Shown here in pieces: positions 30,120 through 42,166 of a DNA stretch of 64,000 nucleotides (the stretch's first letter is position 1; every line of letters begins with the position of its first letter). The DNA lies in NCBI GenBank assembly GCA_963755915.1, contig CAVWLP010000003.1, positions 1,376,001 to 1,440,000 of the forward strand, written 5' to 3'. The notes beneath the pieces are model-generated. The model was given only the letters and a program-made list of their open reading frames with translations, did not search any database and was not told the origin of the DNA. This stretch comes from an uncultured Phycisphaerales bacterium (GTDB taxonomy: Bacteria; Planctomycetota; Phycisphaerae; Tepidisphaerales; Tepidisphaeraceae). A program made the translations under genes and the position numbers.

Positions 30120-31286
30120 TCAGGCGGCGGCGGTCTGGGGAGCGCGGGCGGAAAGGGGAATGGCGATGGTAAAGGTCGCGCCCTTGCCCGGCTCGCTTTT
30201 CAGGGTCAATTTTCCGCCGTGCAGTTCGGTGAATGTCTTAACGATGCTGAGTCCCAGGCCCAGTCCGCGGGCGTTAAATTCGTATTCTCCGGAGATGTGG
30301 CGCGAAACGTCGAAACCGGTGAAGAAGGGCTGGAAGATTTTTGAACGGTCTTCCTGGCTGATGCCGCAGCCTTGATCTTCGACTTCGATGAAGGCGCTGG
30401 ACTCGTCGCGCCAGGCCTTGAGCTGGATGGCGGCGCCGTCGGGACTGAACTTGACGGAGTTGAGGAGAAGCTGGTTGACGCAGTCGCGGATTTTGTCGGC
30501 GTCGATGTCGACGGAGCCGAGCTCGCCGGCGATGCGCATCTGGACAACCTGCTTGCGCCTTTCGGCGAAGGGGCGGATGTCGTCAAGAGCCTGGTTGAGA
30601 ACGGACTGCAAGTCGTGCGGCTTGCGCTCGCAGACACCGTCGAAGCGTTCGCTGGAGAGCATGGTGAGGATCTGGTTCATGAGCCTTCGCAGGCGGTCGG
30701 CGGCGCCCTCGATCTGGAGCAGATGCTGGCGGAGGGATTCGGAGACGTCGTTGGCCTGAAGCGCGAGCCGGCTGAAGCCGGAGAGGAGGGCGACGGGCGT
30801 CCTGAATTCGTGGCCGGCGACCCTGATGAATGCCGCCTTCAATTCGTCGGACTGCTTGAGCTCGACGTTGGTGCGCTCGAGGTCTTCGACGAGGCGTTTG
30901 CGCTCGGCGAGAAGATCGTACTGGCTGCACGCCTCGCGGATGATGAGCTGCAATTCGTCGGCGTCCCAGGGCTTGGTGATATAGCGGTAGATCTGGCCCT
31001 GGTTGACGGCGTCGATGACGGCCTTGAGGTCGGCATAGCCGGTGAAAAGAAGGCGGATGATCTGGGGGTATTGGTTGCAAATTTCGGTGAGGAGCTGGAC
31101 ACCGGTCATTCCGGGCATGCGCTGATCGGTCATGGCGACGTGAATTCCACCGTGGTCGAGCCGATCCATCGCCTCGGCGGGGTTGGTGGTGGTGACGACG
31201 TTGTAGTCGAGCCGGAGCAGGTCGCGGACGCTTCTGACGACATCGGGTTCGTCGTCGATGACAAGGATCGTATGGCTTCTGTCCAT
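30120..31286 (-). CDS. Hybrid receiver-histidine kinase
   Basis: REC (IDDE, TDQRMPGMTG, TKPW) + HisKA (GHEFRTP) + HATPase (NSVKFS, DQGCG, GLGLGL). Confidence 0.93.
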   Translation of the reverse strand: MDRSHTILVIDDEPDVVRSVRDLLRLDYNVVTTTNPAEAMDRLDHGGIHVAMTDQRMPGMTGVQLLTEICNQYPQIIRLLFTGYADLKAVIDAVNQGQIYRYITKPWDADELQLIIREACSQYDLLAERKRLVEDLERTNVELKQSDELKAAFIRVAGHEFRTPVALLSGFSRLALQANDVSESLRQHLLQIEGAADRLRRLMNQILTMLSSERFDGVCERKPHDLQSVLNQALDDIRPFAERRKQVVQMRIAGELGSVDIDADKIRDCVNQLLLNSVKFSPDGAAIQLKAWRDESSAFIEVEDQGCGISQEDRSKIFQPFFTGFDVSRHISGEYEFNARGLGLGLSIVKTFTELHGGKLTLKSEPGKGATFTIAIPLSARAPQTAAA

Positions 31287-31294
31287 GAAGGCTC

Positions 31295-31822
31295 CTATTT
31301 GCGGGAATCGAGTTTGCGGGAGAGGGTTTGGGCGAGACAGCCCTTGAAGGTCGGCAGCCCTTCGCGTTGCCAGCGATCTTCAATAGCTTCGGCAATTTCC
31401 CGGTTGGCTCTGCACAGGTTGGCGATGGCGTGGAACTCGGGATGGGAGGAAGGGACGGCGACGTGGGCGTCGTGGGCATCGACGCGGAAAAAATATTGGG
31501 AGCCTCCCGGCCAGGTTTCGATCTTGAGCTTCATGTGCGGGTAGCCGCGGTTGCCAAGTCGCAGGTAGTAGCGTGAGGCGCCGTCGGCATTTTCGCGCAC
31601 GAATGGGGGGCGATCGAAGGCCACTGTGCCGGCGCCGTCGAGTTTATCTGTAATGGATTTCACAGACGGGGGGAGGGGGCCGTCGGGATAGGCGATTTCC
31701 AAATAAATCTTCATTGCCTTTTGCACCAAGCCCGTCGGAGGGAGGAAGGTCCCAATTTCAAAGGGATTACTTTCTTGGTTTTGCGACGAAATAACCCCGC
31801 TGTTTGCGCCGATGACCGACAT
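31295..31822 (-). CDS. Hypothetical protein, first gene of the kinase operon
   Basis: YLEIAY, LRLGNRGYPHMKL, VDAHD, IEDRWQREGLPTF; start uncertain (31822 or 31714). Confidence 0.65.
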   Translation of the reverse strand: MSVIGANSGVISSQNQESNPFEIGTFLPPTGLVQKAMKIYLEIAYPDGPLPPSVKSITDKLDGAGTVAFDRPPFVRENADGASRYYLRLGNRGYPHMKLKIETWPGGSQYFFRVDAHDAHVAVPSSHPEFHAIANLCRANREIAEAIEDRWQREGLPTFKGCLAQTLSRKLDSRK

Positions 31823-31862
31823 GTATCTATCATCGAAGACTTAAACGGTGCGATAAAAAAAA

Positions 31863-32252
31863 ATGTCGGAAAAAACAGAAATTCTGGTTGTGGAGGATGA
31901 CAAAGCGCTGAGTAACCTGACGTGCCGGGTGCTGGAAATGTACGGCTTTTCGGTGCGGGCGGCATTGGATGGGGGCGAGGCGCTGCGGCATGTTGGGCAG
32001 CGGACGCCGAATGTGGTGCTGCTGGACCTGATGCTGCCGGACATCACCGGGTTTGAAGTTTGCGAGAAACTGAAGCGGGAGGCGCGGACCGCGGAAATTC
32101 CGGTGATCATGGTGACGGCGCTGGCGGATGAGCAAAGCCGGCAACGGGGCATGGCCGCAGGGGCGTATGCTTATGTGACCAAGCCGTATGATCCGAACCA
32201 TCTGATCGAAGTGATCCACAAGGCGGCGAAGAAGTCGGCGCTGGCGGCTTAG
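31863..32252 (+). CDS. Single-domain response regulator
   Basis: ILVVEDD, LDLMLPDITG, VTA, TKP. Confidence 0.92.
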   Translation: MSEKTEILVVEDDKALSNLTCRVLEMYGFSVRAALDGGEALRHVGQRTPNVVLLDLMLPDITGFEVCEKLKREARTAEIPVIMVTALADEQSRQRGMAAGAYAYVTKPYDPNHLIEVIHKAAKKSALAA

Positions 32253-32363
32253 ATTTCGCGCAAAAAAGTTCAATATCCTTATCGGCACTTCTGTTTCGCT
32301 CGATTCCCGATATACTGCTGCTGCCCGGATGGATCCGGCCGGACCCCTTAATCGGTCATTCGC

Positions 32364-33603
32364 ATGGATGCGAAAAACTCTCTTGGTGAGCCGCGGTGCC
32401 TGATATCACGGGCGGCAATCCTTCATAATATTGGGCTGATTCGAAGGGCGATCGCGCCGGAGGTGAAAATCTGCGCGGTGGTGAAGGCGGACGCGTATGG
32501 GCACGACGCGGACATCGTGGTGGATACGCTGTGCAATTTCGCCAGCGGGGAATCGGAGCCGCCGATGGTGGATGCGCTGGCGGTGGCGGATATCGACGAG
32601 GCGGCGGGGTTGATGGCGTGCGATCTGCCGGTGATGGTGCTGCGGCCGGTGGAGAATGCGTATCTGGGCAGCCAGCGGGCGAGGCTGGAGGCGGCGTGCC
32701 GGCATGGGTGGGTGCTTTCGATCGCATCGTCGCGCGGCAGCTCAGGATTTGGCGCGGATCGCGGAGAACCGGGGGCAGCGGGCCAACGTGCAGGTGATGG
32801 TCAATACCGGGCTGAATCGGGCGGGGGTTGATCCGGGGGAATTTGCGGCGCTGATGGACAAGATAACTTCGCTGCCGGCGCTGCGGCTGCTGGGGGTGGC
32901 GACGCATTTTGCCTCGTCGGATGAGCCGGGGAATCCGCTCAATGGGGAACAGCTTGCACGGTTTCTGTCGGCGACGGCGAATTTCTGGACGGGGCGGCCC
33001 TCGCGGCCGATGCTGCAGCGCGGCGAATTCCGGCGGGGTCTTCTTCCAGCAGCAGTCGCACCTGGACATGGTTCGGCCCGGCATCAGCATTTACGGGATT
33101 GATCCGACGTGCCGGCCCAGCGTAGACCGCACGCTGCGGCCGGCGATGAAATGGACGGCGCCGCTGATCGCGATCCATGATGTGCCGGCGGGGCGCAGGT
33201 GGGATACAACCAGACCTGGACGGCGCCGAGCGCGACGCGGCTGGGGCTGATTCCGATCGGGTATGCGGATGGATATCCGCGGGCGCTTTCGAATATCGGG
33301 ACGATGATGGTGGGCGGGCAGCCGGCGCAAGTGGCGGGACGCGTGAGCATGGATTTGCTGGTGATCGATTTACAAAATGCGCCGGGGGCGACGATCGGGG
33401 ATGAGGTGACGGTGATGGACAGCGATCCGCTTTCACTGGCCAGCGTTTATCGGATGGCGGAGCTTTGCGGGACGATTCCGTACGAGATTTTTTGTCGGAT
33501 CGGATCGCGCGTGCGGAGGGTGGCGGTGGAGGATTTTGGGGTGAGGAGCGGGGAGAGTGCGGAAATGGAGCAGCAGTTTTCGGGGGATGAATCAGAGTTT
33601 TGA
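32364..33603 (+). CDS. alr: Alanine racemase (frameshifts near 32735, 33018, 33192)
   Basis: AVVKADAYGH, NTGLNRAG, THFASSD, AANSGG, VRPGISIYG, GYADGYPR, GRVSMD, TIPYEI across four frames. Confidence 0.9.
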
Positions 33604-35474
33604 TCCGTTGGATTTCCAGGGGCGCCACGAGACTGCCGGCTCGGCTGGAATCATGTCATCCAATACGCGGCGCTGAGCGCGGAGGATATCGCTTCGGGTG
33701 ATGATGCCGATCGGCTTGCGCGGATTGGCGGGATCGACGACGACCAGGCGGCCGACATCGTGATGGATCATTTCGTTGGCGGCATCGCGAAGATGGGCTT
33801 CAGGTGAGATTGTGATGGGCGCACGGGCGATCAATTCGCGGGCGAGGCGCGTCCGTCGGCGCCCGGCTTGTGAAAGTCACGAAGCGTGAGAACGCCGAGA
33901 AGATTGCCCTGGGCGTCGGCGACGGGATATCCCTGGTGGGTCCAGCCGGGTTCGCGGGCGAAAAGTTTCTGGCGGATGAGCGGCACGGGCTCATCGGCAG
34001 AAATGACGGTAACCCCGGAAGAAACGGCCTGGGAGACCCTCAGATGCGCAAGAAGATCGGAGGAATATTCGGAGGGCACATCCACGCCGCGGCGGGCGAT
34101 TTTTTCGGTCATGATCGTGTTGCGCATGAGGAGGCAGGAGACGAGATAGCCCATGGTGCAGCCGCCGAGCAGGGGCAGGAGGCTTAGAGGCTGGAGAGTG
34201 GTTTCATAAGCGAAGACGGTTGAGGCGAGGAGGGCTCGCGACGCCCCGGCGAACATTGCGGCCATGCCGATGAGCGCGGCAATGTGCAGATCGACGCCCG
34301 CGAAGGGGCAAATTCTTTTTGCGGCGGCGCCGAAGAGGAATCCCAGGCATCCGCCGATGGTGAAGAGGGGAGCGAGGGTTCCGCCGGAGGTTCCGCTGCC
34401 GAGCGCAATCGCCCAGGAGACGAATTTGAGGATGCAAAGCGTGGCCGCCAGTTCGAGCGTTGTGCGCGACATCAGGACATCACTGATGTTTTCGTAGCCT
34501 ACGCCGAGGGTACGCGGGGCGAAGTATCCGATGATTCCGACCGGGATCGCGCCGATTGCGGGCCACCACATCCAGTGAACGGGGAGCTTTTCGAAGAGGT
34601 CTTCGATGGTGTAGACGGCGCGGGTAACGAAGACCGAAGCGAGGCCGATCAGTGCGCCGAGCAGCAGATAGATCGCCATTGCCGGCAGGGAAGGATGGAT
34701 GATTTGCGGCAACTGGAAGACGGGGTAGGGCATGTGGAGGGAGAATCGCGTGCCGGTGGCCGCGGTGCTGGCCAGAGCGACGGGAATGAAGGATCGGGGG
34801 CGGAATTCGAAGAGGAGCAGTTCGACGGCGAGCAGTACGGCGGAGACAGGCGTGCCGAAGATGGCGGCCATTCCCGCGGCAGCGCCGGCAGCCAAGAGCG
34901 TTTTGCGCTCGATGGCGGTGGTGCGAAGGATTTGTCCGATGAGCGATCCGAGCGCTCCCCCGGTCGCGATAATGGGGCCTTCGGCGCCGAAGGGGCCGCC
35001 GGTTCCGATGGCGATGGCCGCGGAGAGGGGCTTGAGGAAAGTGAGGCGGGCGGGAACTCGGCTCTGGTGAAGGAGGACGCGTTCCATCGCTTCGGGGATT
35101 CCGTGGCCGCGGATTCCGGTCGAACCGTAGCGGGCCATCAGGCCGACCAGGATCGCGCCAACGACGGGAACCGCGACGACCCACCAGCCGAGATGATTGC
35201 CGGTTGGGGCGGTGAGTACGGGGGTGAGCGTTCCGAAAAAGCTGATGCCGGTGATGACGCCGATGAGCCAGACCAGGGCCTTGGCGACGAAGGCGGAAAT
35301 TACGCCGAGGAAGATGCTGAGCAGTGAGATGAACAGGACACGGCCGTCGACGAGCGAGCTTCGAAACGGGGTTTGGACGGCGCGCAGCGCCGGACCCATG
35401 GATGGAGAGACCGGAAGGGCTTCGGTGGTGCTCGCCTGCTCGAGCGGATGATCGGGATTCACGGTCGGAGTCAT
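33592..35474 (-). CDS. ClC chloride channel family protein with CBS domains (frameshift near 33845)
   Basis: GHGIPE, GGPFGAEGP, AAGAAAG.AAIF, ELLLFEF, GVGY, GTSGG.LAP; CBS (HQGYPV; GIITRSD). Confidence 0.92.
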
Positions 35475-35968
35475 ATTTTCTTTCCTCTCCGATGCTTGTC
35501 CTCAAAAAACAGCGCTGGCTTGCCGGCATCGATGCCGGTTTTGTGGATCATCTCCTGCAGCAAATCCGCGAGAAGCCGGCGCCGGCGCGGCTGAAAATCC
35601 GCCAGGGCCCGGATCATCCGTTCCTGCGCCGCGGCGGGCGCCGTCCGCAGCAGCCGCTTTCCGGCCGGAGCCAGGGATAATTGCACGCTTCTTGCGTCTT
35701 TTTCCGAGCGGGCGCGGTTCACCAGACCGCGATGAACCAGCTTGTCGACGACGACGGACACCGAGCTTTGATGGGTGTGGGTGCGATCGGCAAGTTCGTT
35801 GACGGAGATTCCGCCAGCGCCGTCGAGCTGGCGGAGGACGAAGAGCTGGGCGCCGGAGATGCCCAGGCGCGACTCGGCCTCGCGGTCGAAGAGCCGCAGG
35901 GCGCTGACGATCCGGCGGATGGAGTCCAGGACATTGCGGATGTCGCGGGTATTTGTATGGGTTCCCAT
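35471..35968 (-). CDS. MarR family transcriptional regulator
   Basis: GISGAQLFVL, ELADRT...QSSVS..VDKL..RGLV.R....DARSV.LSL; overlaps ClC start. Confidence 0.9.
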   Translation of the reverse strand: MGTHTNTRDIRNVLDSIRRIVSALRLFDREAESRLGISGAQLFVLRQLDGAGGISVNELADRTHTHQSSVSVVVDKLVHRGLVNRARSEKDARSVQLSLAPAGKRLLRTAPAAAQERMIRALADFQPRRRRLLADLLQEMIHKTGIDAGKPALFFEDKHRRGKKI

Positions 35969-36047
35969 ATATTTACTGATCGGATTTTAGGCTGCGTAAA
36001 TTTATTTTCAAATGGGATGTGTATTGGGGTATGAGGCTGCGGTATTT

Positions 36048-36172
36048 CCCCCTCTCCTGGTACTCCGGGAGAGGGTTGGGGTGAGGGCCTTGCGAAATCT
36101 AGATCAACTTACGGCGCGGGAATTTTAGTCTGGCCCTCACCCTAACCCTCTCCCAGAGTACTGGGAGAGGGG
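36048..36172. repeat. Inverted pair of family A REP-like palindromes with a ~43-bp spacer (REPIN-like)
   Basis: ccccctctcctggtactccgggagagggttggggtgagggc ... ggccctcaccctaaccctctcccagagtactgggagagggg. Confidence 0.88.
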
Positions 36173-36203
36173 ATAAGAGAGGCTTAGAGGGAAAAGGCGG
36201 TGA

Positions 36204-37713
<1,510 letters not shown>

Positions 37714-37736
37714 AAAACGATACTCCCTATCTTGTC

Positions 37737-38240
37737 CTACTGAAGAAACGACCTGGCCCAGTCGGTCATCGGACCGGTGGGAAATTTTTCGACATATATT
37801 TTGAAGAGCTCAAGCGTACGATTGCGCAGCACTCCGCCGCGAATATTTGGGACGCGGTATGCGGGGAAGGCGTGAGTCTTTGGGGACCATTGTTTCAGGA
37901 GACCGACAGCGCCGTCTCCCGGGGAATCCAGTCCATAGCAGACGTTGCCGATGAAGGCTGACATCGTCGCCCCCATGCACATGAGGCAGGGCTCGAGATT
38001 CACGTATAGCGTTGCGTCGCGGCGCCGGCCGGGGAATGGCCGCAGCCGGTCGGCGGCTTCCAGGGCGAGCAAATCGGCGTGAATGAGGAATCGGCCCTGG
38101 GTTTTTTCCTGGGTGTGTGCCGAGGCGATCACCTTGCCGTCGGATACGACAACCGCTCCGATGGGCAGCTCGCCTTTTTCCAGCCCGGCCTCGGCGACCG
38201 CCAGGGCCTGCTGCATGAAATGTTCATCACTGGTCATCAT
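37737..38240 (-). CDS. Cytidine/TadA-like nucleoside deaminase family protein (HAD in place of HAE)
   Basis: [34 protein letters not shown]. Confidence 0.85.
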   Translation of the reverse strand: MMTSDEHFMQQALAVAEAGLEKGELPIGAVVVSDGKVIASAHTQEKTQGRFLIHADLLALEAADRLRPFPGRRRDATLYVNLEPCLMCMGATMSAFIGNVCYGLDSPGDGAVGLLKQWSPKTHAFPAYRVPNIRGGVLRNRTLELFKIYVEKFPTGPMTDWARSFLQ

Positions 38241-38250
38241 CTCGACTGCC

Positions 38251-39024
38251 TTACAAGGTCTGGTTGGGTTGAACCGCCACCGGCAGAATATCAAAGCCGC
38301 CGGCCGGAAGTGCGGGCCGTACATTGGGGGACATTTTCCATCGCAGAATTTTATAGACCGAATATCCGGCGATGATGGGCACTAAAGTCGTAAGGGCACC
38401 CTGCAATTCGATGTTTGTCTTTCCCGGAACAAAAGGAAAAAACTTGTCGAGAACCTCGGAAGACTCGAGCCAGACAACGAATCCAAGCACACGGCAGAAA
38501 GTGTTGACGCGATATTGATGGCCCATCGGTTCATCGTATTCATTCACCGGATCGGCAAGCCGGGCCGCGGCGATAATCCAGTGGGACAGTTTGCGATAGG
38601 CGACCGCTGCAAGGATCAGGTAAAGAACCGATGAGACACCCTCGATGGTGGCGCGACATTTCTCCGGTACCTGGGCGTCGAGACAATATTCCAGCAGCGC
38701 AACTACCGCGAGCAATGTCCGGACGCTGAGACAAAACGCAAGCAGCGCGAGCGAAAATGCAAGGGTGAAGCGGACAGTCGAGGCATTCCAGCGTGTCCAA
38801 AGCCGATATGCCGACCAATAGCCGGCGATAAGAATCGCCCCTGCCGTCATAACCAGGAAGAGAAGAAGTACGAATCCGATCAAATCAAAAGGTTTCGCGG
38901 GCTGGGGTAATTCGCTGATAATCCAGCGAACCAGCAGCCAAGTGAAACGGATAAGAATCGCGGTGAGCAACAGTGATGCTCCGCGCGCCCCGATCTGCCA
39001 TGCTCTTTTTCGGTCAACTGGCAT
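38251..39024 (-). CDS. Hypothetical multi-pass membrane protein
   Basis: 257-aa ORF with about six hydrophobic segments, tightly packed between its neighbours. Confidence 0.55.
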   Translation of the reverse strand: MPVDRKRAWQIGARGASLLLTAILIRFTWLLVRWIISELPQPAKPFDLIGFVLLLFLVMTAGAILIAGYWSAYRLWTRWNASTVRFTLAFSLALLAFCLSVRTLLAVVALLEYCLDAQVPEKCRATIEGVSSVLYLILAAVAYRKLSHWIIAAARLADPVNEYDEPMGHQYRVNTFCRVLGFVVWLESSEVLDKFFPFVPGKTNIELQGALTTLVPIIAGYSVYKILRWKMSPNVRPALPAGGFDILPVAVQPNQTL

Positions 39025-39982
39025 GGGAATCCGTCGGCTTGGTGGCCGTTGAAATAAACAGTGCCGGTCCCTTCACATTCGCCTCGGGCGCTAATGGAAG
39101 CGCCGCGATGGTCTTTATGCCCGCCTGGGAAGACCAGCGCCGAACCTGTTCAAGATCGAACCCTGGCCAATGCTGGTTCATCTGCCGGCGGAAATCGTCG
39201 CGGTCGTGCGGAAGCAGATCGACAATCACGGCCTTTCCGCCGGGCTTGAGAATCCGCCCCGCTTCTGCGACGGCGGTTGCGGGATCGAGGATATAGGTCA
39301 GAGCCAGAACCACCAGGGCGGCATCGCACGATGCGCTTTCGATGGGAAGGCTGGTCAATTCGCCGCGAATCAGCTCGACGTTGGGATAATCCGCCAGCCG
39401 GCGGCGGGCGTCTTTGAGCATGGCCTGGGAATTGTCCACTCCGATGATCCGCCCCACGAACGGCGCCAATTCCGCCGAGATCGGCCCGGTGCCGCAGCCC
39501 AGATCGGCGACAACCATGTTCTGATCGAGAAGGGCGAAACCGGCGGCGGACGAAAAATGATTGCCGTAAAGCTGGGCACGCAGGTTGTCCCACTGGGCGG
39601 CAGCGCCCGCGAAGAAGGACTGGCTGCTGCTGCGGCGCTGGAGGAGTCGCTGGAGGCGGAGCTGGTCTTGGGCGGTCGTCGCCCAGCGGTCGATCTGCTC
39701 GCGGGAAACGAGCCAGAGCCGCCGGGCGGCGGGGTCGAGCTCGTCCAGCAGGGTCCGGTAAAGATGGGTGGTGCCGTCGCGGCGGGCGCGAACCCAGCCG
39801 AGGTCGGCGAGCACTTTCAGATGCCGGCTGACGGTGGACTGGGGCAGTTGGAGAACGTCGCAAAGCTCGGCCACGCCGAGCTCCTGACGATCCAGGACGC
39901 GCAAAATCCGCAGGCGAGTGGCGTCGGCTAGACCTCCCAGCCATCCGAGAACCAGATCGGGTTGTTCGAGCTGTGATTCCAT
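39014..39982 (-). CDS. ArsR-HTH plus SAM-methyltransferase-fold regulator (SahR-like)
   Basis: LAD.TRLRIL, QSTVSRHLKVL, ADLGCGTG, LKPGG; upstream of ahcY. Confidence 0.9.
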   Translation of the reverse strand: MESQLEQPDLVLGWLGGLADATRLRILRVLDRQELGVAELCDVLQLPQSTVSRHLKVLADLGWVRARRDGTTHLYRTLLDELDPAARRLWLVSREQIDRWATTAQDQLRLQRLLQRRSSSQSFFAGAAAQWDNLRAQLYGNHFSSAAGFALLDQNMVVADLGCGTGPISAELAPFVGRIIGVDNSQAMLKDARRRLADYPNVELIRGELTSLPIESASCDAALVVLALTYILDPATAVAEAGRILKPGGKAVIVDLLPHDRDDFRRQMNQHWPGFDLEQVRRWSSQAGIKTIAALPLAPEANVKGPALFISTATKPTDSHAS

Positions 39983-39988
39983 CCGTCA

Positions 39989-40027
39989 ATCCGCATAATA
40001 AGATACATTATCCTTATGCCCCGTCAA
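39989..40027 (-). promoter_or_regulatory. Promoter and candidate autoregulatory operator of the SahR-like gene
   Basis: TTGACG-N16-TATCTT on the minus strand; ATC-N10-GAT (39989-40004) overlaps the -10/+1 region. Confidence 0.4.
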
Positions 40028-40275
40028 TATCGTATTATTAGTATATAAGCCACCGGCGAGACGGAGTTGTCAATTGCCGGCGCGGGGCCCAGCGTCGAAT
40101 ATTCAACGGGCACACCGATTGCTTCACCGTTGAAAAAGAGGCAGGGTCGCAAGTCGCAATGACTACTAACTGTGCAATTGCCCAACGCACGGAGGCGCGG
40201 CAAGCGCGACCTGCATAGTTAAAACGTAGGGTAAGGTAGCTTGTACCAAGGTGATGGATTACCGGAGTACCTGAC

Positions 40276-41556
40276 ATGAGCGATCGACACTTTAGATACC
40301 TATTGATCGGCGGCGGAGTTGCGGCCAGCGAAGCCGCAAAGGCCATTCGCGAGATTGACCGTGAGGGTGATCTACTTATGGTGGCGCAAGAGATCAACCG
40401 CCCATATTTCCGCCCGCCGCTCAGCAAGCAATTCCTCCGCTCTCCGGGCAATCGCGAAGCGCTCTTCACCCAGCGCGCCGAATGGTTCAACGACCACCGC
40501 GTGCAGCTTCGGACCGGGCGGCGGGCGGCGCACCTCGATACGACGCGGAATTCGGTGACGCTGGATAATGGCGAGGGCGTGTCGTTTGACCGCCTTCTGA
40601 TCGCCACCGGCGGTACCGCGCGGGCGCTGGATATTCCCGGATCGCATCTGCCCAACCTGTATTATCTTCGAACTCTCGAAGACGCGGACCATCTGCAACT
40701 GGCGATGGCCAAGGCCAAAGCCGGTGGGCAGGCGCAGCGCGCGGGGCGCGGTCGCGTAGCGATTATCGGGGGCGGGCTGCTTGGCGTCGAGTTGGCCGGA
40801 ACGCTGACCGAGGCCGGCTTGCATGTCGACCTTGCATTTCCGGACGAGCATCCCTGGCGCCGGATCGCCGGCGAAACCGCCGGGCGCAGCATTTCGCGAA
40901 TCCTGGAAGCACGCGGCGTGTCGGTCCATCGCAACGACCGGGCCTTCCGCCTGGAAGGCGACGGCCGCGTGCAGCGCGTGACCCTGGCATCCGGCCAAAC
41001 CTTCCCCTGCGATTTCGCGGTGGCGGCGGTGGGAATCACGATTCACAAAGACCTCCTGCGCGGCACGCCCATCGCGGCCGAGCAGGCGATCCTCGCCGAC
41101 AGCTCCTGCCGAACCAGCGTGCGCGACATCTTCGCCGCCGGCGACTGCGCGGCACTTTTTGACCCGCTCTTCGGCAAGCACCGTACATTGCACCACTGCG
41201 ACAGCGCCGCAAAAACCGGCCGGATCGCTGGGATCAACATGGCCGGCGGCAGCGCCAAATTCGAATCGGCCAGCTATTTCGACAGCGAATTTTTGGGCCT
41301 GAAGGTCCGCGTCTGGGGCGAAGCCCGGGCGGTCGACCGGCGAATTTTTCGGGGCACCGCGAGTGCCGAGAATCCTGGCTTCATCGAATTCGGCGTGGCC
41401 GCCGATGGGCGGTTCGCCCAGATCATCGCGATGCAAACCCCGGAGCCGGACGAGCTTTTCGCCGGCGCGGTTGAGCGGAGATTGCAGATCAATGGGAATG
41501 AAGAGCAGCTTAAAGATCCGGCCGTTCCGCTGGAATCGATACTCATGCCTGGCTGA
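40276..41556 (+). CDS. FAD-dependent oxidoreductase (ferredoxin reductase-like)
   Basis: IGGGVAA, PYFRPPLSK, LIATGG, LRTLED, GGGLLGVELA, IFAAGDCA. Confidence 0.9.
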   Translation: MSDRHFRYLLIGGGVAASEAAKAIREIDREGDLLMVAQEINRPYFRPPLSKQFLRSPGNREALFTQRAEWFNDHRVQLRTGRRAAHLDTTRNSVTLDNGEGVSFDRLLIATGGTARALDIPGSHLPNLYYLRTLEDADHLQLAMAKAKAGGQAQRAGRGRVAIIGGGLLGVELAGTLTEAGLHVDLAFPDEHPWRRIAGETAGRSISRILEARGVSVHRNDRAFRLEGDGRVQRVTLASGQTFPCDFAVAAVGITIHKDLLRGTPIAAEQAILADSSCRTSVRDIFAAGDCAALFDPLFGKHRTLHHCDSAAKTGRIAGINMAGGSAKFESASYFDSEFLGLKVRVWGEARAVDRRIFRGTASAENPGFIEFGVAADGRFAQIIAMQTPEPDELFAGAVERRLQINGNEEQLKDPAVPLESILMPG

Positions 41557-41566
41557 AATCCCGGCA

Positions 41567-41685
41567 GAAACCCGAAACCAGAAACCCGAAATCAGAATCA
41601 AACCAGAATGACCGAATGACGAATCGTCATTTGGGCTTCGTCATTTTGGCTTGATTCTGATTTCGGGTTTCTGGTTTCGGGTTTC
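41567..41685. repeat. Long heptamer-built palindrome between convergent genes
   Basis: 46-bp arms 41567-41612 and 41640-41685 with 2 mismatches; units GAAACCC/GAAACCA/GAAATCA. Confidence 0.9.
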
Positions 41686-41811
41686 GGGTTTGACTATTAT
41701 AAAACAGGCCGCCGGCGCGAAAAACGCTTTCGCTACCGGCGGTCTATTGAACAACGGGTTTGGGAAATCCGGACGGAGCCGGTTTGGGGCCGATGTCCGC
41801 CCGGTTTATTT

Positions 41812-42012
41812 TTACGGGTTATTCGGATTGTTGTTGGTGCTGTCAGACTGAGTCTTGGTCTCCGAATGCGAAATCACGTTGCCATTCGGATCGGTGACGG
41901 TCTGCTCCTGCACCTTCTGATGCTCGGCGGTGTCGTCGCTTTGACACCCGCAGAGGAATCCGCCGTAGGTCGAAAGAACCGCCGTTAACAAGGCCACTTT
42001 TAACGCTTTCAT
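41812..42012 (-). CDS. Small lipoprotein
   Basis: SD GGAGG; signal peptide with LCGC; possible sigma54-like TGGCAT-N5-TTGT at 42064-42050. Confidence 0.7.
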   Translation of the reverse strand: MKALKVALLTAVLSTYGGFLCGCQSDDTAEHQKVQEQTVTDPNGNVISHSETKTQSDSTNNNPNNP

Positions 42013-42166
42013 AATGCCTCCAAATCAGTTTGAACTGGGAGGGATTGAAACAAACGCAATGCCAGACGGGCCGAGCCCGGTTAATTCGCAAAAACACGTG
42101 GATTATCGCCAAAACGTCGTGTGGGGGTGCTAAAGGTGTCGCGTCGCTACGTCAAATCAGCCGGCG

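Noticed and set aside
32364-33603. Pseudogenes or programmed frameshifts in alr, ahcY, spoVR, GH28, GH38 and others
   Set aside because: Motifs are intact, there are no other signs of decay or slippery heptamers, and the indels share a sequence context; consensus error is more likely.
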